Shown here: positions 28,026 through 38,037 of the stretch, piece by piece
How the letters are laid out: every line of letters starts with the position of its first letter
How positions within the stretch are numbered: the first letter of the stretch is position 1
DNA from: a virus
IMG/VR virus record: IMGVR_UViG_3300008120_009632
Location: 1 to 64,000 of that record
Strand: one strand, 5' to 3'
Length of the DNA: 64,000 bases
Made by a program: the position numbers and the translations under genes
The notes under the pieces: model-generated
Databases searched by the model: none
What the model was told of the DNA's origin: nothing
The model's input: only the letters and a program-made list of their open reading frames with translations

Positions 28026-28414
28026 TATATATCCTCTCTTTCAGCGTTTAAGATCCATGAACCATTACCGGTTTTAAGAAACATTAGATAAAAATCAAAT
28101 GCTTTTTTATTAACTTCTTTGAATAATGTTGTCTCTTTACCAATAGAATGTAATAGTTTAATATTTTTAGTTTCTGGCAAATCTAATGTTGGATTAAATA
28201 ATTTTTTAGTATCATCTATTCGTATTAGATATTTTGGCATACCATTAGGTTTGTATTTAATCTTTGCTAATACTTTATTATCTTCTGTATTACATCTTGG
28301 ATTATTTTCTTTATCAATAAAGTCTTTATCTGCTAACAAACAGAAAAACCTATCTTTATTGGTTTCTAAATTATTAGATGAATTTTGTTGAAAAATAAAA
28401 TTATTTTCTTTCAT
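28025..28414 (-). CDS. hypothetical protein, paralog of 29093-29506
   Basis: Shared FID...PR, AK, Y.I..D...L.NP, F.EV...F..Y..FLKT...A.RE. Confidence 0.7.
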   Translation of the reverse strand: MKENNFIFQQNSSNNLETNKDRFFCLLADKDFIDKENNPRCNTEDNKVLAKIKYKPNGMPKYLIRIDDTKKLFNPTLDLPETKNIKLLHSIGKETTLFKEVNKKAFDFYLMFLKTGNGSWILNAEREDI

Positions 28415-28740
28415 TTTGAACTTTCTTGTATTCCATTTATTAAACAGGTTTCAATATGATCAAAAAATGTTTTCATAAATATTTCGTAATCTTTATCTAT
28501 TGGTACAGGGATGTGGTAATTTTTGGAACACACCTCTCTTGTTCCTGTTAATTCTCCTTTTTCATTTTCCATTAATACTGTTGCATTTACAGAAAATACT
28601 ATTTCATGAGGACATGCTATTAGCTTTTGATTTTCATCAGTCTCATATTCACTTTTAATCTCTAGAATATTTTTAAGTTCTTCTATACTAAGATCTTGTA
28701 ATTCTTTTAGTTTTTCATTCATTAAATTTTGATCTAGCAT
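28411..28740 (-). CDS. hypothetical protein
   Basis: 109-aa ORF with operon-like packing. Confidence 0.6.
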   Translation of the reverse strand: MLDQNLMNEKLKELQDLSIEELKNILEIKSEYETDENQKLIACPHEIVFSVNATVLMENEKGELTGTREVCSKNYHIPVPIDKDYEIFMKTFFDHIETCLINGIQESSK

Positions 28741-28744
28741 AATA

Positions 28745-29089
28745 TTATGTCCATTTTACCTTGTTTTGTTTTTTAAGTCTTGTCATTCCTTTTGGGAGTG
28801 GCTTATCGCTAACTTCTTCTTTATACGAATTATGTTTTATATAAAGAGCATTTTTTTCATCATCAGACATTCTATCTCTATTTCTATTTGCGAGATCTCC
28901 AATAGTTTTTAATTCTGTATCAGATTTTTTAACGGACGAATTGAGAGTGAGCATGTCTATGCTGTAGTCGCGATCTGTAGTATTCTTATTGCATTGTGGA
29001 CACTGTGGATGTTCAGTATAATCCTTAATATACAAAAATAATTCAAATCCACAATTACAATTATTGCACAAATAAGAATATGTCGGCAT
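28745..29089 (-). CDS. FmdB-family zinc-ribbon protein
   Basis: MPTYSYLCNNC...FE...CPQC. Confidence 0.85.
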   Translation of the reverse strand: MPTYSYLCNNCNCGFELFLYIKDYTEHPQCPQCNKNTTDRDYSIDMLTLNSSVKKSDTELKTIGDLANRNRDRMSDDEKNALYIKHNSYKEEVSDKPLPKGMTRLKKQNKVKWT

Positions 29090-29092
29090 AAT

Positions 29093-29506
29093 TTATATTT
29101 CTCGTTGAGCCGAGACTAAAAATTTTTTACTTTTTGTTTTCAGAAAAGAAACATATTGGTTAAATATGCTATGAGTAACTTCAGTAAAGATTTGCTCGTT
29201 CTTGCAAACTTTATTGATATATGACTGATTCTTTGTTGTAATAGATAATAGCGATGACTCTTCTATTGGATTATAGAGATTATTATTGGAATCTGTTAAT
29301 ATATAATATCTATACTGAAGTAATTTATTGTGAATATCTTTTGATGAATAACTTTTAATAGCTTTAGCATATATCTTATCAGACTCTGCTGTTGTTCTAG
29401 GATCTCCATTATCGTCTATAAAAGATTCTAAGCCATTGATAGTATAAAACTTATCTTCTGTGGTATCTCTGGTACTAATTTTATAATCAGATGCATTTAC
29501 TCTCAT
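29093..29506 (-). CDS. hypothetical protein, paralog of 28025-28414
   Basis: Same shared motifs as 28025-28414. Confidence 0.7.
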   Translation of the reverse strand: MRVNASDYKISTRDTTEDKFYTINGLESFIDDNGDPRTTAESDKIYAKAIKSYSSKDIHNKLLQYRYYILTDSNNNLYNPIEESSLLSITTKNQSYINKVCKNEQIFTEVTHSIFNQYVSFLKTKSKKFLVSAQREI

Positions 29507-30089
29507 TATTAATATAACCTTCTATAAATGGAGCCCATTCAGGAAAACTACCATCTATAGTAAAAAAGTCACGATACCACGGCAAGTAGACGGAGCAATA
29601 TTTTGGTATAATTGGCTGATTAAGAAGTTTCATATTGGCTTCTTTTGGTGTTCTATTCCCTTTTTTATTATTGCATTCCCAACAACAGGTTACGATATTA
29701 ATCCAATTTGTGCATTTATGTTTATTGTTTCTGTCAAATCTACTTTTTGGAACAACATGATCATATGTCAACTGTGCAATAGGTAATTTTTTGGCACAGT
29801 ATTGGCATGTATAATTATCTCTTATGAATAAATTTTTACGAGAAAAATTAATGGTTCTATGGTAGAGATTAAAAAAGTTTCGGATTTTTGCTACGGCAGG
29901 AACTGGGTATCTTTTCCCACAACTGCCTTGTATAAATTCATCATCATAATAAGATATTATTTCAATAGCATATTTATGTTCTAAAGTATATTTCATAGAC
30001 CATATAATGGCTTTTTTCCAAGATATTATATGTATCGGTGTGTAGTCAGCATTTAATAAAAGGCACTGTTTATGATTTATTTCTTTCAT
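29487..30089 (-). CDS. HNH endonuclease (McrA-like)
   Basis: LLLNADY, RDNYTCQYC, TYDHVVPKS, NIVTCCWECNNKKG. Confidence 0.9.
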   Translation of the reverse strand: MKEINHKQCLLLNADYTPIHIISWKKAIIWSMKYTLEHKYAIEIISYYDDEFIQGSCGKRYPVPAVAKIRNFFNLYHRTINFSRKNLFIRDNYTCQYCAKKLPIAQLTYDHVVPKSRFDRNNKHKCTNWINIVTCCWECNNKKGNRTPKEANMKLLNQPIIPKYCSVYLPWYRDFFTIDGSFPEWAPFIEGYINNESKCI

Positions 30090-30798
30090 AAGTATCTAAT
30101 CTTGATAAAATATCTGATATAATTGCATTTCTAACAATATCAGATGATTCTAATTTACAATATCCTATTCCAGGTACTCCTTCAAGGGCTTCTATCATAG
30201 TAATGAAGCCACCCTGCAAATGCCTGCTGAGATCAGACTGTCCTATGTCTCCTGTGAGCACCATTTTACTTTGCTGGCCTGTTCTTGTCAATAACATCTT
30301 TAATTGTTCGTATGACGCATTTTGACACTCGTCGGCTACGATGAAACAATGATGAAAATTTCTTCCTCTCATTAATCCTAGTGGAACAACTTCTATTTTA
30401 TTATTTAGTTTGAAGGATGCATATTGGGCTGGAGTAATAAAATGATGAATTTCATCAATGATTGGTAACAGATACGGATGGAGTTTTTCTTCTGCCGATC
30501 CTGGAAGATATCCTAATTTTTCTCCAGCTTCTATCACTGGTCTTGTTATTATGATTTTATTAACTTTATTTTCTAATAGTGATTCTATTGCCATACCAAT
30601 AGCAATATGTGTTTTTCCACTACCAGCTAATCCTTGACAAAATGTAATAGTATTATCTACTATGGATTTAGTATAGTTTTTTTGATTTTCAGTTCTAGGT
30701 TTTAATTTATTTCTATAAGACAATCCGGTAGGTTGAATATTGTTTGTTGCGTCGATTACTTTTTGTTTGTTCTTACCAGTTTTATTATTTTTTTTCAA
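30070..30798 (-). CDS. phoH: PhoH-family ATPase
   Basis: GLAGSGKT, TRP, LGYLPG, MRGRNF, DECQN, GDIGQSDL, DIVR. Confidence 0.95.
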   Translation of the reverse strand: MKKNNKTGKNKQKVIDATNNIQPTGLSYRNKLKPRTENQKNYTKSIVDNTITFCQGLAGSGKTHIAIGMAIESLLENKVNKIIITRPVIEAGEKLGYLPGSAEEKLHPYLLPIIDEIHHFITPAQYASFKLNNKIEVVPLGLMRGRNFHHCFIVADECQNASYEQLKMLLTRTGQQSKMVLTGDIGQSDLSRHLQGGFITMIEALEGVPGIGYCKLESSDIVRNAIISDILSRLDTYERNKS

Positions 30799-30840
30799 TT
30801 GAGCCTCTCTTTACAGAAAGATGTAAGCAATAATATGTAA

Positions 30841-30851
30841 TATAATACACC
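30841..30851 (-). promoter_or_regulatory. candidate phage promoter motif GGTGTATTATA upstream of phoH
   Basis: One of six similar motifs located just upstream of gene starts. Confidence 0.55.
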
Positions 30852-30864
30852 TTACTATAAAATA

Positions 30865-31290
30865 TTATTTAGTTCCAGATGACCCAAATCCTTTCTCAGA
30901 TCTTTCAGAATCACTCAGGTTATCACTCCAACCAAATGATTCTTTATGATATGTTTCTATAATTAGTTGAGCAATTTTATCACCAACATTGATTTCATAG
31001 GAATTATCCTTGTCTGTATTATATACAATAACACCGATAGTACCTCTGTATCCTTCATCTATAACGCCAGCCAAAATATCAAGACCATGTTTAAATGCTA
31101 GACCAGATCTTGGTGCAATGCGACCGTATACATTTTCTGGTAATTCTATAGTAATACCCGTACTGATTAAAGCTCTAGTTAATGGTTCAATGATTTTATG
31201 CTCAACAGAATATAAATCTGCACCAGCATCATTATTATTTACTCTGGTAGGAAGTTTAGCTTCTGGATGTACACTTTTCACTTTTATCAT
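30865..31290 (-). CDS. dut: trimeric dUTPase
   Basis: AGADL, IAPRSG, GVIDEGYRG, KIAQL, R..KGFGSSG. Confidence 0.95.
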   Translation of the reverse strand: MIKVKSVHPEAKLPTRVNNNDAGADLYSVEHKIIEPLTRALISTGITIELPENVYGRIAPRSGLAFKHGLDILAGVIDEGYRGTIGVIVYNTDKDNSYEINVGDKIAQLIIETYHKESFGWSDNLSDSERSEKGFGSSGTK

Positions 31291-32940
31291 TTATGCCTCG
31301 CATGATGAACAGGTTAAAATACTACGTACTAATTCTTGAGCAGGATTGGATGACCTTTGATAATAAAATGTTTTCACTCCATTCTCCCATCCGTATATTA
31401 ATAGCTCACTCACTTCTTTGGCCTGACAGTTTGGCGGAATCATTAGGTTTAAGGAAATAGCTTGATCGATATATTTTTGTCTTTGAATATTTTGAATAAC
31501 AATCTCTTTCTGAGAAATCTCACCAAAAGTTTTAAAAATATCCTTTTCTTCCTGTGATAAAAAATCTAAATGTTGTACAGATCCTCCTCTGATCAAAATA
31601 TCTTTCCAGATATGCTCTTTATCTTGATCTTTATCTTTTAATAATTTTTTTAGATATGGATTTTTATATGTAAAATTACCCTTAGCTAATTTTTTAACAA
31701 AATAATTTGAATTAAGCGGCTCAATAGATGGGCTAACCTGACCAAGAATAAAAGAACTTGAAGTAGTTGGTGCAACAGCTAATGTTGTTACATTTCGTCT
31801 ACCATATCCCTTTAATAAAGGAGGTTCTCCTAAAAGTTTTGCTAATTCAACAGTTGCATTATCTGCTTTTGATCTTATAATTTTCCAAATTTCTGTATTC
31901 AATAATTTAGCCTGCATAGATTCGAAACCAATCATTTTAGACTGCAATAAAGAATGCCATCCTAGAACACCCATACCCAAAGCTCTTTGGTTCATGGCGA
32001 AATTTCTAGCAGCCTCCATAAATCTTAAATTTTTTGTCTTACGAATAAATTCTTCATTAACAGAGTCTAAGAAATATATTAATGTCTCTATAGCATCTGT
32101 ATCTTTGATCTCATCCCAATGAAGTAGGTTCAGAGAAGACAAAACGCAAACAAATGAATTTTGCTCATCAGTAAACAAGGTTATCTCTGAGCATAGATTG
32201 CTATTTTTAATCTTTAATTTTTGATCTATGTATGGTTGTGGGGCATGATTATTAACATTATCTATAAATACAAGATAAGGATATCCTGTCTCAAATCTTT
32301 TTTGAATAATTTTAGCCCAAATTTTTCTCTTGTCTTTATCTCCGTTAACCATGTCTTTCATCCAATCATCAGTGATTGTGACACCAATACTCATATTTTG
32401 AATATTATGTCCTTCTGATCTGATTTGTAAGAATTCGTTAACATCTGGATGTTCTATTGGTAAATAAGCAGCAAATGATCCTCTACGTGCTGACCCTTGA
32501 GATACAACTTCGGCAACTTTATCAAAAAGTTCCATAAAATGTACAGGACCACTGGATTCTCCACCAACACTAATCTTGGCTCCTCTTGCTCTTAGATCGC
32601 CAAAGAATCCTGATGTTCCTCCGCCCAACTTACTCATCATTCCAACTTCTGCTACTTTATCTAATATTCCATCCATAGTATCAGGAATATAGGAACTAAA
32701 ACATGAAACAGGAAGTCCCCTATTGTTACCGTAGTTCGTCCACACAGGCGTTGATAAGGAATAAAATCCCCTACTCATATAATCTTCAAACTTATCTGCA
32801 AATCCAGGAATATGTAAAATACTCTCTGCATTTTCAGCAATCTGTCTGATTCTTTCTTCTGGAGTAATACCTTCTTTTAGATAACCTCTCTCAAGGAAAA
32901 TTCTGCTATGAGAATTTAACCAGTAATATTTCTTATTCAT
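31291..32940 (-). CDS. nrdA: ribonucleotide reductase alpha subunit (short, no ATP cone; NrdAi-like)
   Basis: PVSCF, GGGTS, SNLCSEI, VCVLSS, APTTSSS, KTFYY, C-terminal CSSCE. Confidence 0.93.
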   Translation of the reverse strand: MNKKYYWLNSHSRIFLERGYLKEGITPEERIRQIAENAESILHIPGFADKFEDYMSRGFYSLSTPVWTNYGNNRGLPVSCFSSYIPDTMDGILDKVAEVGMMSKLGGGTSGFFGDLRARGAKISVGGESSGPVHFMELFDKVAEVVSQGSARRGSFAAYLPIEHPDVNEFLQIRSEGHNIQNMSIGVTITDDWMKDMVNGDKDKRKIWAKIIQKRFETGYPYLVFIDNVNNHAPQPYIDQKLKIKNSNLCSEITLFTDEQNSFVCVLSSLNLLHWDEIKDTDAIETLIYFLDSVNEEFIRKTKNLRFMEAARNFAMNQRALGMGVLGWHSLLQSKMIGFESMQAKLLNTEIWKIIRSKADNATVELAKLLGEPPLLKGYGRRNVTTLAVAPTTSSSFILGQVSPSIEPLNSNYFVKKLAKGNFTYKNPYLKKLLKDKDQDKEHIWKDILIRGGSVQHLDFLSQEEKDIFKTFGEISQKEIVIQNIQRQKYIDQAISLNLMIPPNCQAKEVSELLIYGWENGVKTFYYQRSSNPAQELVRSILTCSSCEA

Positions 32941-32954
32941 ATTCCTTATATGTC

Positions 32955-33929
32955 CTAATTAAATAAATCTTCTTCTGTAAAACTTTGTGTGCTTTTTGCG
33001 TATTCTACTGGTCTGCTATGGAAAAAATCTGTCATATTATTTCCTAGTACCTGTTCATCAAACCACGATGTTTTCCCTATAACTTCTTCATCGATATCAA
33101 ATACGGGATCAAATCCTATTTTAATTAATGATTCGTTCATTCTGTTTTTAATGAATTCTTTTAAGAGCGGTGAATTTAACTTATCATGATCATACCCATT
33201 TACAATCCACTCTATTATTTGGCATTCATATTTGATCGCTTCTGATGCTTCTGATATTATCTTGTCTTTTAGCTCATCATCAAACAATTCTGGATACTCT
33301 TCTTGGATAGCATTGATAATCTTTATGCCTATCATAGCGTGTAGATTTTCTTCTCTGGATGTATATTCTACTTGTTTGTTTGTATCCTTAAGAAGGTTTT
33401 TATATCTACCAAACCAACTTATTGTATAAAACTGAGAAAATAAAGCGATATTTTCAACAAACAATGTAAATAGTATTAAAGAGTAAATGAATTGTTTTTT
33501 ATTATTTTCATGGAATTTATGCAAATGTTTTCTGAGATAGTTTACTCGTCCTTTGATGATATCCAATTTTAGAATCTCATCAAAACTATCATCGATACCT
33601 AATACTTCTAGTAATCTTTCATAAGCATCTCCATGAATGACCTCTACATTGGCCATCACATATCCCATATCATTAATCGATGGATGAGGAAGATTATCTC
33701 CTAGTTTAGCCCAAAATTTCTTTACTGATATCTCTAATTGACCTATTGTAGATAAAGCTCTTATAACAATCTGTTTTTCTTGGTCTGTTAAATTAACAAG
33801 AAAATCTTGAACATCACTTTGGAAATTAAATTCTCTATGAGTCCAAAATCCGTTGTGCATTGCCTCTATAAAATCTTGTGTCCAAGGATAATGATCTGGT
33901 TTTCTGGTAATTTGTTCATCAAATATCAT
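32955..33929 (-). CDS. nrdB: ribonucleotide reductase beta subunit (class Id/NrdBi-like)
   Basis: QLEISVKKFW, EVIHGDAY, ENIALFSQF, EENLH, DFF..RPVEY. Confidence 0.93.
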   Translation of the reverse strand: MIFDEQITRKPDHYPWTQDFIEAMHNGFWTHREFNFQSDVQDFLVNLTDQEKQIVIRALSTIGQLEISVKKFWAKLGDNLPHPSINDMGYVMANVEVIHGDAYERLLEVLGIDDSFDEILKLDIIKGRVNYLRKHLHKFHENNKKQFIYSLILFTLFVENIALFSQFYTISWFGRYKNLLKDTNKQVEYTSREENLHAMIGIKIINAIQEEYPELFDDELKDKIISEASEAIKYECQIIEWIVNGYDHDKLNSPLLKEFIKNRMNESLIKIGFDPVFDIDEEVIGKTSWFDEQVLGNNMTDFFHSRPVEYAKSTQSFTEEDLFN

Positions 33930-33996
33930 ACACTTATTCCTTTGTCGAGTATTTTTACGCAGAATGACGTAGACTGTTGTAAAATTTTAGGTGATA

Positions 33997-34464
33997 TCAT
34001 AATACACCGCAAAGATTCTTAATCCACGAAAGATCAGGTTTTACTATCAGTATTTCTATTCCGCTCATTTTTACAAAGTCATCAAATCTTTTTTTTGCTT
34101 CACTATCAAATAATTTTGTCCCATGATCATCTGTCATAAAAACTTTTGTCACTCCTTCTTGCCACAATGCCATAATACAATCATTGCAGCATTGACCAGT
34201 AACATATGCAACACCATTATCTGGCCTAACAACACAATTGGATAAAGCGTTTCTTTCGGCATGAATCATCCATGGATATTTTTCTGGCCTGGTTTTTGGT
34301 AATTGTTGATCATCCAATCCTCTGGCAAAGCCATTATATCCGGCACCCAAAATTCTATTATTTACGTCCGTGATAATACAACCGTGTTTTGTATGAATAT
34401 CGTGACTACGTTGAGATACAACTTTAGCCATGCCCAGAAAATAGTTTGTCCACGATGGTCTCAT
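33997..34464 (-). CDS. dCMP deaminase
   Basis: MRPSWTNYF, GYNG, HAERNA, CCNDC (PCxxC variant); ATG 34464 preferred as start. Confidence 0.9.
   Translation of the reverse strand: MRPSWTNYFLGMAKVVSQRSHDIHTKHGCIITDVNNRILGAGYNGFARGLDDQQLPKTRPEKYPWMIHAERNALSNCVVRPDNGVAYVTGQCCNDCIMALWQEGVTKVFMTDDHGTKLFDSEAKKRFDDFVKMSGIEILIVKPDLSWIKNLCGVL
33998..34008 (-). promoter_or_regulatory. candidate phage promoter motif GGTGTATTATG upstream of nrdB
   Basis: Embedded in the last codons of the dCMP deaminase gene. Confidence 0.45.
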
Positions 34465-34470
34465 GAAGAT

Positions 34471-34498
34471 ATGATACTCGATGCTGATCAAAAGTCAA
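34471..34498 (-). promoter_or_regulatory. sigma70-like promoter, probably giving a leaderless dCMP deaminase mRNA
   Basis: TTGACT-N16-TATCAT ending 6 nt before ATG 34464; no SD. Confidence 0.5.
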
Positions 34499-34507
34499 CA
34501 GTGTTTT

Positions 34508-35983
34508 TTATATCGTGTCGAGTATGATTTTGGGCGCTGAGAATTCTGAAATTATATAATCAATATTTTGTGTTGTTTTATTTGGTGTTTTATTGAGATT
34601 TAAATTTTTTAGTTTTCTAGAAATAGTATTGAGATCATTGTTATGATCGTATAAAATAATAAAATTTTCTAGTTTTTCTTTTGGATGTTCATAGTGGATA
34701 TTTTTATCTAATACTATGATTTTTTTATTCATATACAGATTCTCTAATACAACAAAGGGACAAGGGTCGGATATACTTGTTAAGAAAAAATAGTCCAGAA
34801 TATTGAAATACTTGTACGGATTTTCTGTTGTTGAGACAATAAATAAATTCTTGATATTCTTGTATTTTTCTTCTACCTTCTTAGGATCTGCCCCAATCCA
34901 TAAAAATTGTACATAAGGGTGCTTAGAGCATAGATTAGCAAAGAGATCGAAATTTTTCCTTTTACATACGGTTCCACACATACCTATAATGACTTTATTC
35001 TTGTCTAATCTATTTTTTCCATTAACACTAATAATAGGCTGGTCTATATTCTCATGTTTTAAAAGATCTATCTTGGATTGTTCTTCTGTTGGTAAGAATG
35101 GTGGAGAAACGTGGATATTTGTAAACCCTTTAGATATAAACTCATTTTTAATTTTTTCTGTTACCACATAAATTGGTTGATTTTTTAATAAGTTATTATA
35201 TTTATCATTAGTAAAAATGCTAAAACCATTATATGTTTCATGAAAGTATAATGTTGTATATTTTAATTCTTCTATAAATTTAGACACATATAACAAATAA
35301 ATATTTAATGAATTAGAATATATTTTAGATGGATTACTTTTACTAATAATTTGTTTTAATAGGTGCATATTGTTTAGATGATACGCTTGATTGTCAACAT
35401 TTAAACAATTAGTTGGAAGAATATCAACAAATAATACCTTTAAATTTTGTTTAATTAAATGATGATATATATTTACTAGAGCTTTTGGTGCCCCGGTTAA
35501 CGACGACGCATGATTAATTAATAATATATCTGCTTTTTGTATTTTTGCTATACTTTTACTGGAAGTTTCTAATATATCATTATATTTATAATCTGTTAAA
35601 TATTCTCTTTTCTCTTGTATTCCGTGTCGTAAAAAATGTAACGTGGCGTCCTCATCGGTAAAATAAGATAAATCCACATTTAATATTTTATATATTTTTG
35701 GATCAAATTGATAATTTTGTAAAATATTTTCATATTCTTTTAAAGAAAATGTTTTGTCCACTAGTTTTTCTTTATAATTTCTATATTCGCTTTTACCATA
35801 TAATACATAATGAATTTTAGCTTCTAATTCTGTGCTAAATTCATAAACATGTACAAGATCAGCACTATTTTTGAGATATGCTTTCCAATCAAAATCATCA
35901 GGAATTAGACACGGATGATCTGTTAAGAGTTTTTGAAAAATAGGATTGTGTATTAAATCTTTAATTGATTGAATTTTTTGCAT
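34508..35983 (-). CDS. glycosyltransferase family 4 with two N-terminal FD..Y...DL...HY..G..E.R repeats
   Basis: HASSLTGAPK, GTVCKRKNFDLF, FLWIG, SISDPCPFVVLE. Confidence 0.8.
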   Translation of the reverse strand: MQKIQSIKDLIHNPIFQKLLTDHPCLIPDDFDWKAYLKNSADLVHVYEFSTELEAKIHYVLYGKSEYRNYKEKLVDKTFSLKEYENILQNYQFDPKIYKILNVDLSYFTDEDATLHFLRHGIQEKREYLTDYKYNDILETSSKSIAKIQKADILLINHASSLTGAPKALVNIYHHLIKQNLKVLFVDILPTNCLNVDNQAYHLNNMHLLKQIISKSNPSKIYSNSLNIYLLYVSKFIEELKYTTLYFHETYNGFSIFTNDKYNNLLKNQPIYVVTEKIKNEFISKGFTNIHVSPPFLPTEEQSKIDLLKHENIDQPIISVNGKNRLDKNKVIIGMCGTVCKRKNFDLFANLCSKHPYVQFLWIGADPKKVEEKYKNIKNLFIVSTTENPYKYFNILDYFFLTSISDPCPFVVLENLYMNKKIIVLDKNIHYEHPKEKLENFIILYDHNNDLNTISRKLKNLNLNKTPNKTTQNIDYIISEFSAPKIILDTI

Positions 35984-36941
35984 TTTTATCTTTAACTATT
36001 GTATGTTTATCTATAATAATATAATTTTGATATATAATAGTTGGCATATGAAGCCATTCTATTAGCATAGTATCTTTATTTTTGTCTATAATATTACCAT
36101 AGGCATTTAGATCTTCTGTCAAATAACAGTGATTATCATAAGTGATGATTAAAGAATAATATTGCTCATTCGGAGCTTGGTCATTCAAAATTTTAATAAC
36201 ATCGTGCTGAGGGAAATTAAATGTTTTATAATTTGCTTTTATAATATAGCCAAATATTCTTTCTAAAGAATGAGCGTATGTTCCGCTTGCGGTATCATCT
36301 ACTTTACCTTTTTCTTGTTGTAGATAAAAATTTAATTTTTCACATATTTTTGGAGTAAAATATTTTTTATAGATTGATGTTTTTGACCAAAACATATTAC
36401 CAGCTGGAAATGATGAATTTGCCACATAGTCATAATCTATATTCATCATATTGACAATATTTTTTATAATATCAGTATTTCTGATTTCTCTATTGTCTAA
36501 TAACAGATTTTGATTACATATCATACCAACAGTCGGATCTAATAATTGTACTATATTATTATCAAATATTTGTTTTGATCCTATGAGATCATGAACCAAA
36601 ACAGATCTCCACTGGATATTGTTCTTGACGCCCCACGATGATTTCTTAGAGTGTATTTTAATAAATGTGGGTTCAGACACTGTCTGTATTTGATTTAAAA
36701 ATGGCGCAACGTCACAGCCATAATTATTTTGATAATATAATTTGTGATCCAAAGTTTTGATATCTTTTTCTATTTGTGGATAATCAGAAATTGTACTATC
36801 ACACAAACCTAAATATAAAACAATATTATCAGATAATGGTTTTAACAGATTATAGAATTCTGGCCATAGATCAATATGATACAACCAAAGAATAACTGCT
36901 ACTTTATCTTGCTGTTGAATTGAGTTTGTTATACAGGACAA
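35961..36941 (-). CDS. rhamnan synthesis protein F (RgpF)-like protein
   Basis: LYHIDLWPEF, NYGCDVAPFL, KIHSKKS, FPAGNMFW, AHSLERIFG; start codon uncertain. Confidence 0.8.
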   Translation of the reverse strand: MSCITNSIQQQDKVAVILWLYHIDLWPEFYNLLKPLSDNIVLYLGLCDSTISDYPQIEKDIKTLDHKLYYQNNYGCDVAPFLNQIQTVSEPTFIKIHSKKSSWGVKNNIQWRSVLVHDLIGSKQIFDNNIVQLLDPTVGMICNQNLLLDNREIRNTDIIKNIVNMMNIDYDYVANSSFPAGNMFWSKTSIYKKYFTPKICEKLNFYLQQEKGKVDDTASGTYAHSLERIFGYIIKANYKTFNFPQHDVIKILNDQAPNEQYYSLIITYDNHCYLTEDLNAYGNIIDKNKDTMLIEWLHMPTIIYQNYIIIDKHTIVKDKNAKNSIN

Positions 36942-37158
36942 GGGTTAGAATTCCTCCGGCTACCCCCATAAATATACCAGCAGGGCTAAGACTACTATAC
37001 TCGCCCAGCATATATAATACGGCTCCACCCATATATGAGCCAGCTACTCCTAGTGCTACAGTTTTTACAAAACCAAAATTTTCTTCTCCTGGCACTATTG
37101 ATTTGGCTATACTGCCGACAAATAAACCATATACACACCAAACTAATAAATTAAACAT
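36904..37158 (-). CDS. GlsB/YeaQ/YmgE (transglycosylase-associated) membrane protein
   Basis: W...GL.VG.IAK.IVPG...T..LGVAGS..GG; three hydrophobic helices. Confidence 0.85.
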   Translation of the reverse strand: MFNLLVWCVYGLFVGSIAKSIVPGEENFGFVKTVALGVAGSYMGGAVLYMLGEYSSLSPAGIFMGVAGGILTLVLYNKLNSTAR

Positions 37159-37552
37159 TGGATGCCTCCAGTAGTGTTAATGCTTCGCCATCCGTGATAG
37201 TTTCTCCTTTATCTAGCAGAACTTCAGTTAATTTTATAGCATATTTATGATAGTCTTCTTTTGAGAGCTGTTGACGCATAATACGTTTGATTCTTAATCT
37301 GGTAAACCAGCCTCGTTTGAGACTGTAGGATCGTATTTCTGCACCATAAAGACCACCGACTTCTTTGGATGTCATATTTAAAGTTTTATTTTTATTACAT
37401 TCTTGTAAAACTCTAATTACAGTTAATATTATACTAATTACCATTAAGATAGCAATTATGCTTCCAAAATTCTGATCTTCTGGAATATTAGCTTTTTTAA
37501 GAACATCTTTAGCTATATTTTCTAATTGTTTATTATTTTTAGATTTAGCCAT
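37151..37552 (-). CDS. membrane protein
   Basis: FGSIIAILMVISIILTVIRV transmembrane segment. Confidence 0.7.
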   Translation of the reverse strand: MAKSKNNKQLENIAKDVLKKANIPEDQNFGSIIAILMVISIILTVIRVLQECNKNKTLNMTSKEVGGLYGAEIRSYSLKRGWFTRLRIKRIMRQQLSKEDYHKYAIKLTEVLLDKGETITDGEALTLLEASNV

Positions 37553-37553
37553 A

Positions 37554-37886
37554 TTATTGCCTCACATTTATTGGCTTACAGGAACCCGTAGTGCAATTCT
37601 GCTCCAAAACAACAGGAGGATGAACAACAACTTTAGATGGTTGTTTGGTGTCTGGCTCGCAGTACCCACAGTCTACTTTCTTAATTCCGTCACCGCTTAT
37701 ATACCATCCTTTACCTTTGCATACTGGGCAATCTTTTCTTTTATATTTATTGGTGGTTTCTGAGTGTTGAGCTTTTATAATTGATCCTGCTAAAACTACT
37801 GATGCTTTTGTAGAACCATTATATTCATAGCTCATAGGCAAAGCTACTACAGATAGTAATAATATAGTATTAAGTATTTTGATCAT
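37554..37886 (-). CDS. secreted Cys-rich protein with CxxCxGxG zinc motif
   Basis: Signal-peptide-like N-terminus; CPVCKGKG...CGYC. Confidence 0.65.
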   Translation of the reverse strand: MIKILNTILLLSVVALPMSYEYNGSTKASVVLAGSIIKAQHSETTNKYKRKDCPVCKGKGWYISGDGIKKVDCGYCEPDTKQPSKVVVHPPVVLEQNCTTGSCKPINVRQ

Positions 37887-38037
37887 TGTTTCTCCATGGT
37901 AATATTTTTTTACGTTTTGGTTTTGGTATTTCTATATCATCTATGGATTTAGGAGCAAAAATTTTTAATATACCCAGTATAAAATTAGTAATAATGCTAA
38001 TTAATCTATTTAATGCTATTTGATCTAATAGTCTCAT
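37870..38037 (-). CDS. 55-aa hypothetical protein (not in ORF track)
   Basis: Read by hand: MRLLDQIALNRLISIITNFILGILKIFAPKSIDDIEIPKPKRKKILPWRNNDQNT; TAATG coupling with the upstream stop. Confidence 0.65.
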   Translation of the reverse strand: MRLLDQIALNRLISIITNFILGILKIFAPKSIDDIEIPKPKRKKILPWRNNDQNT

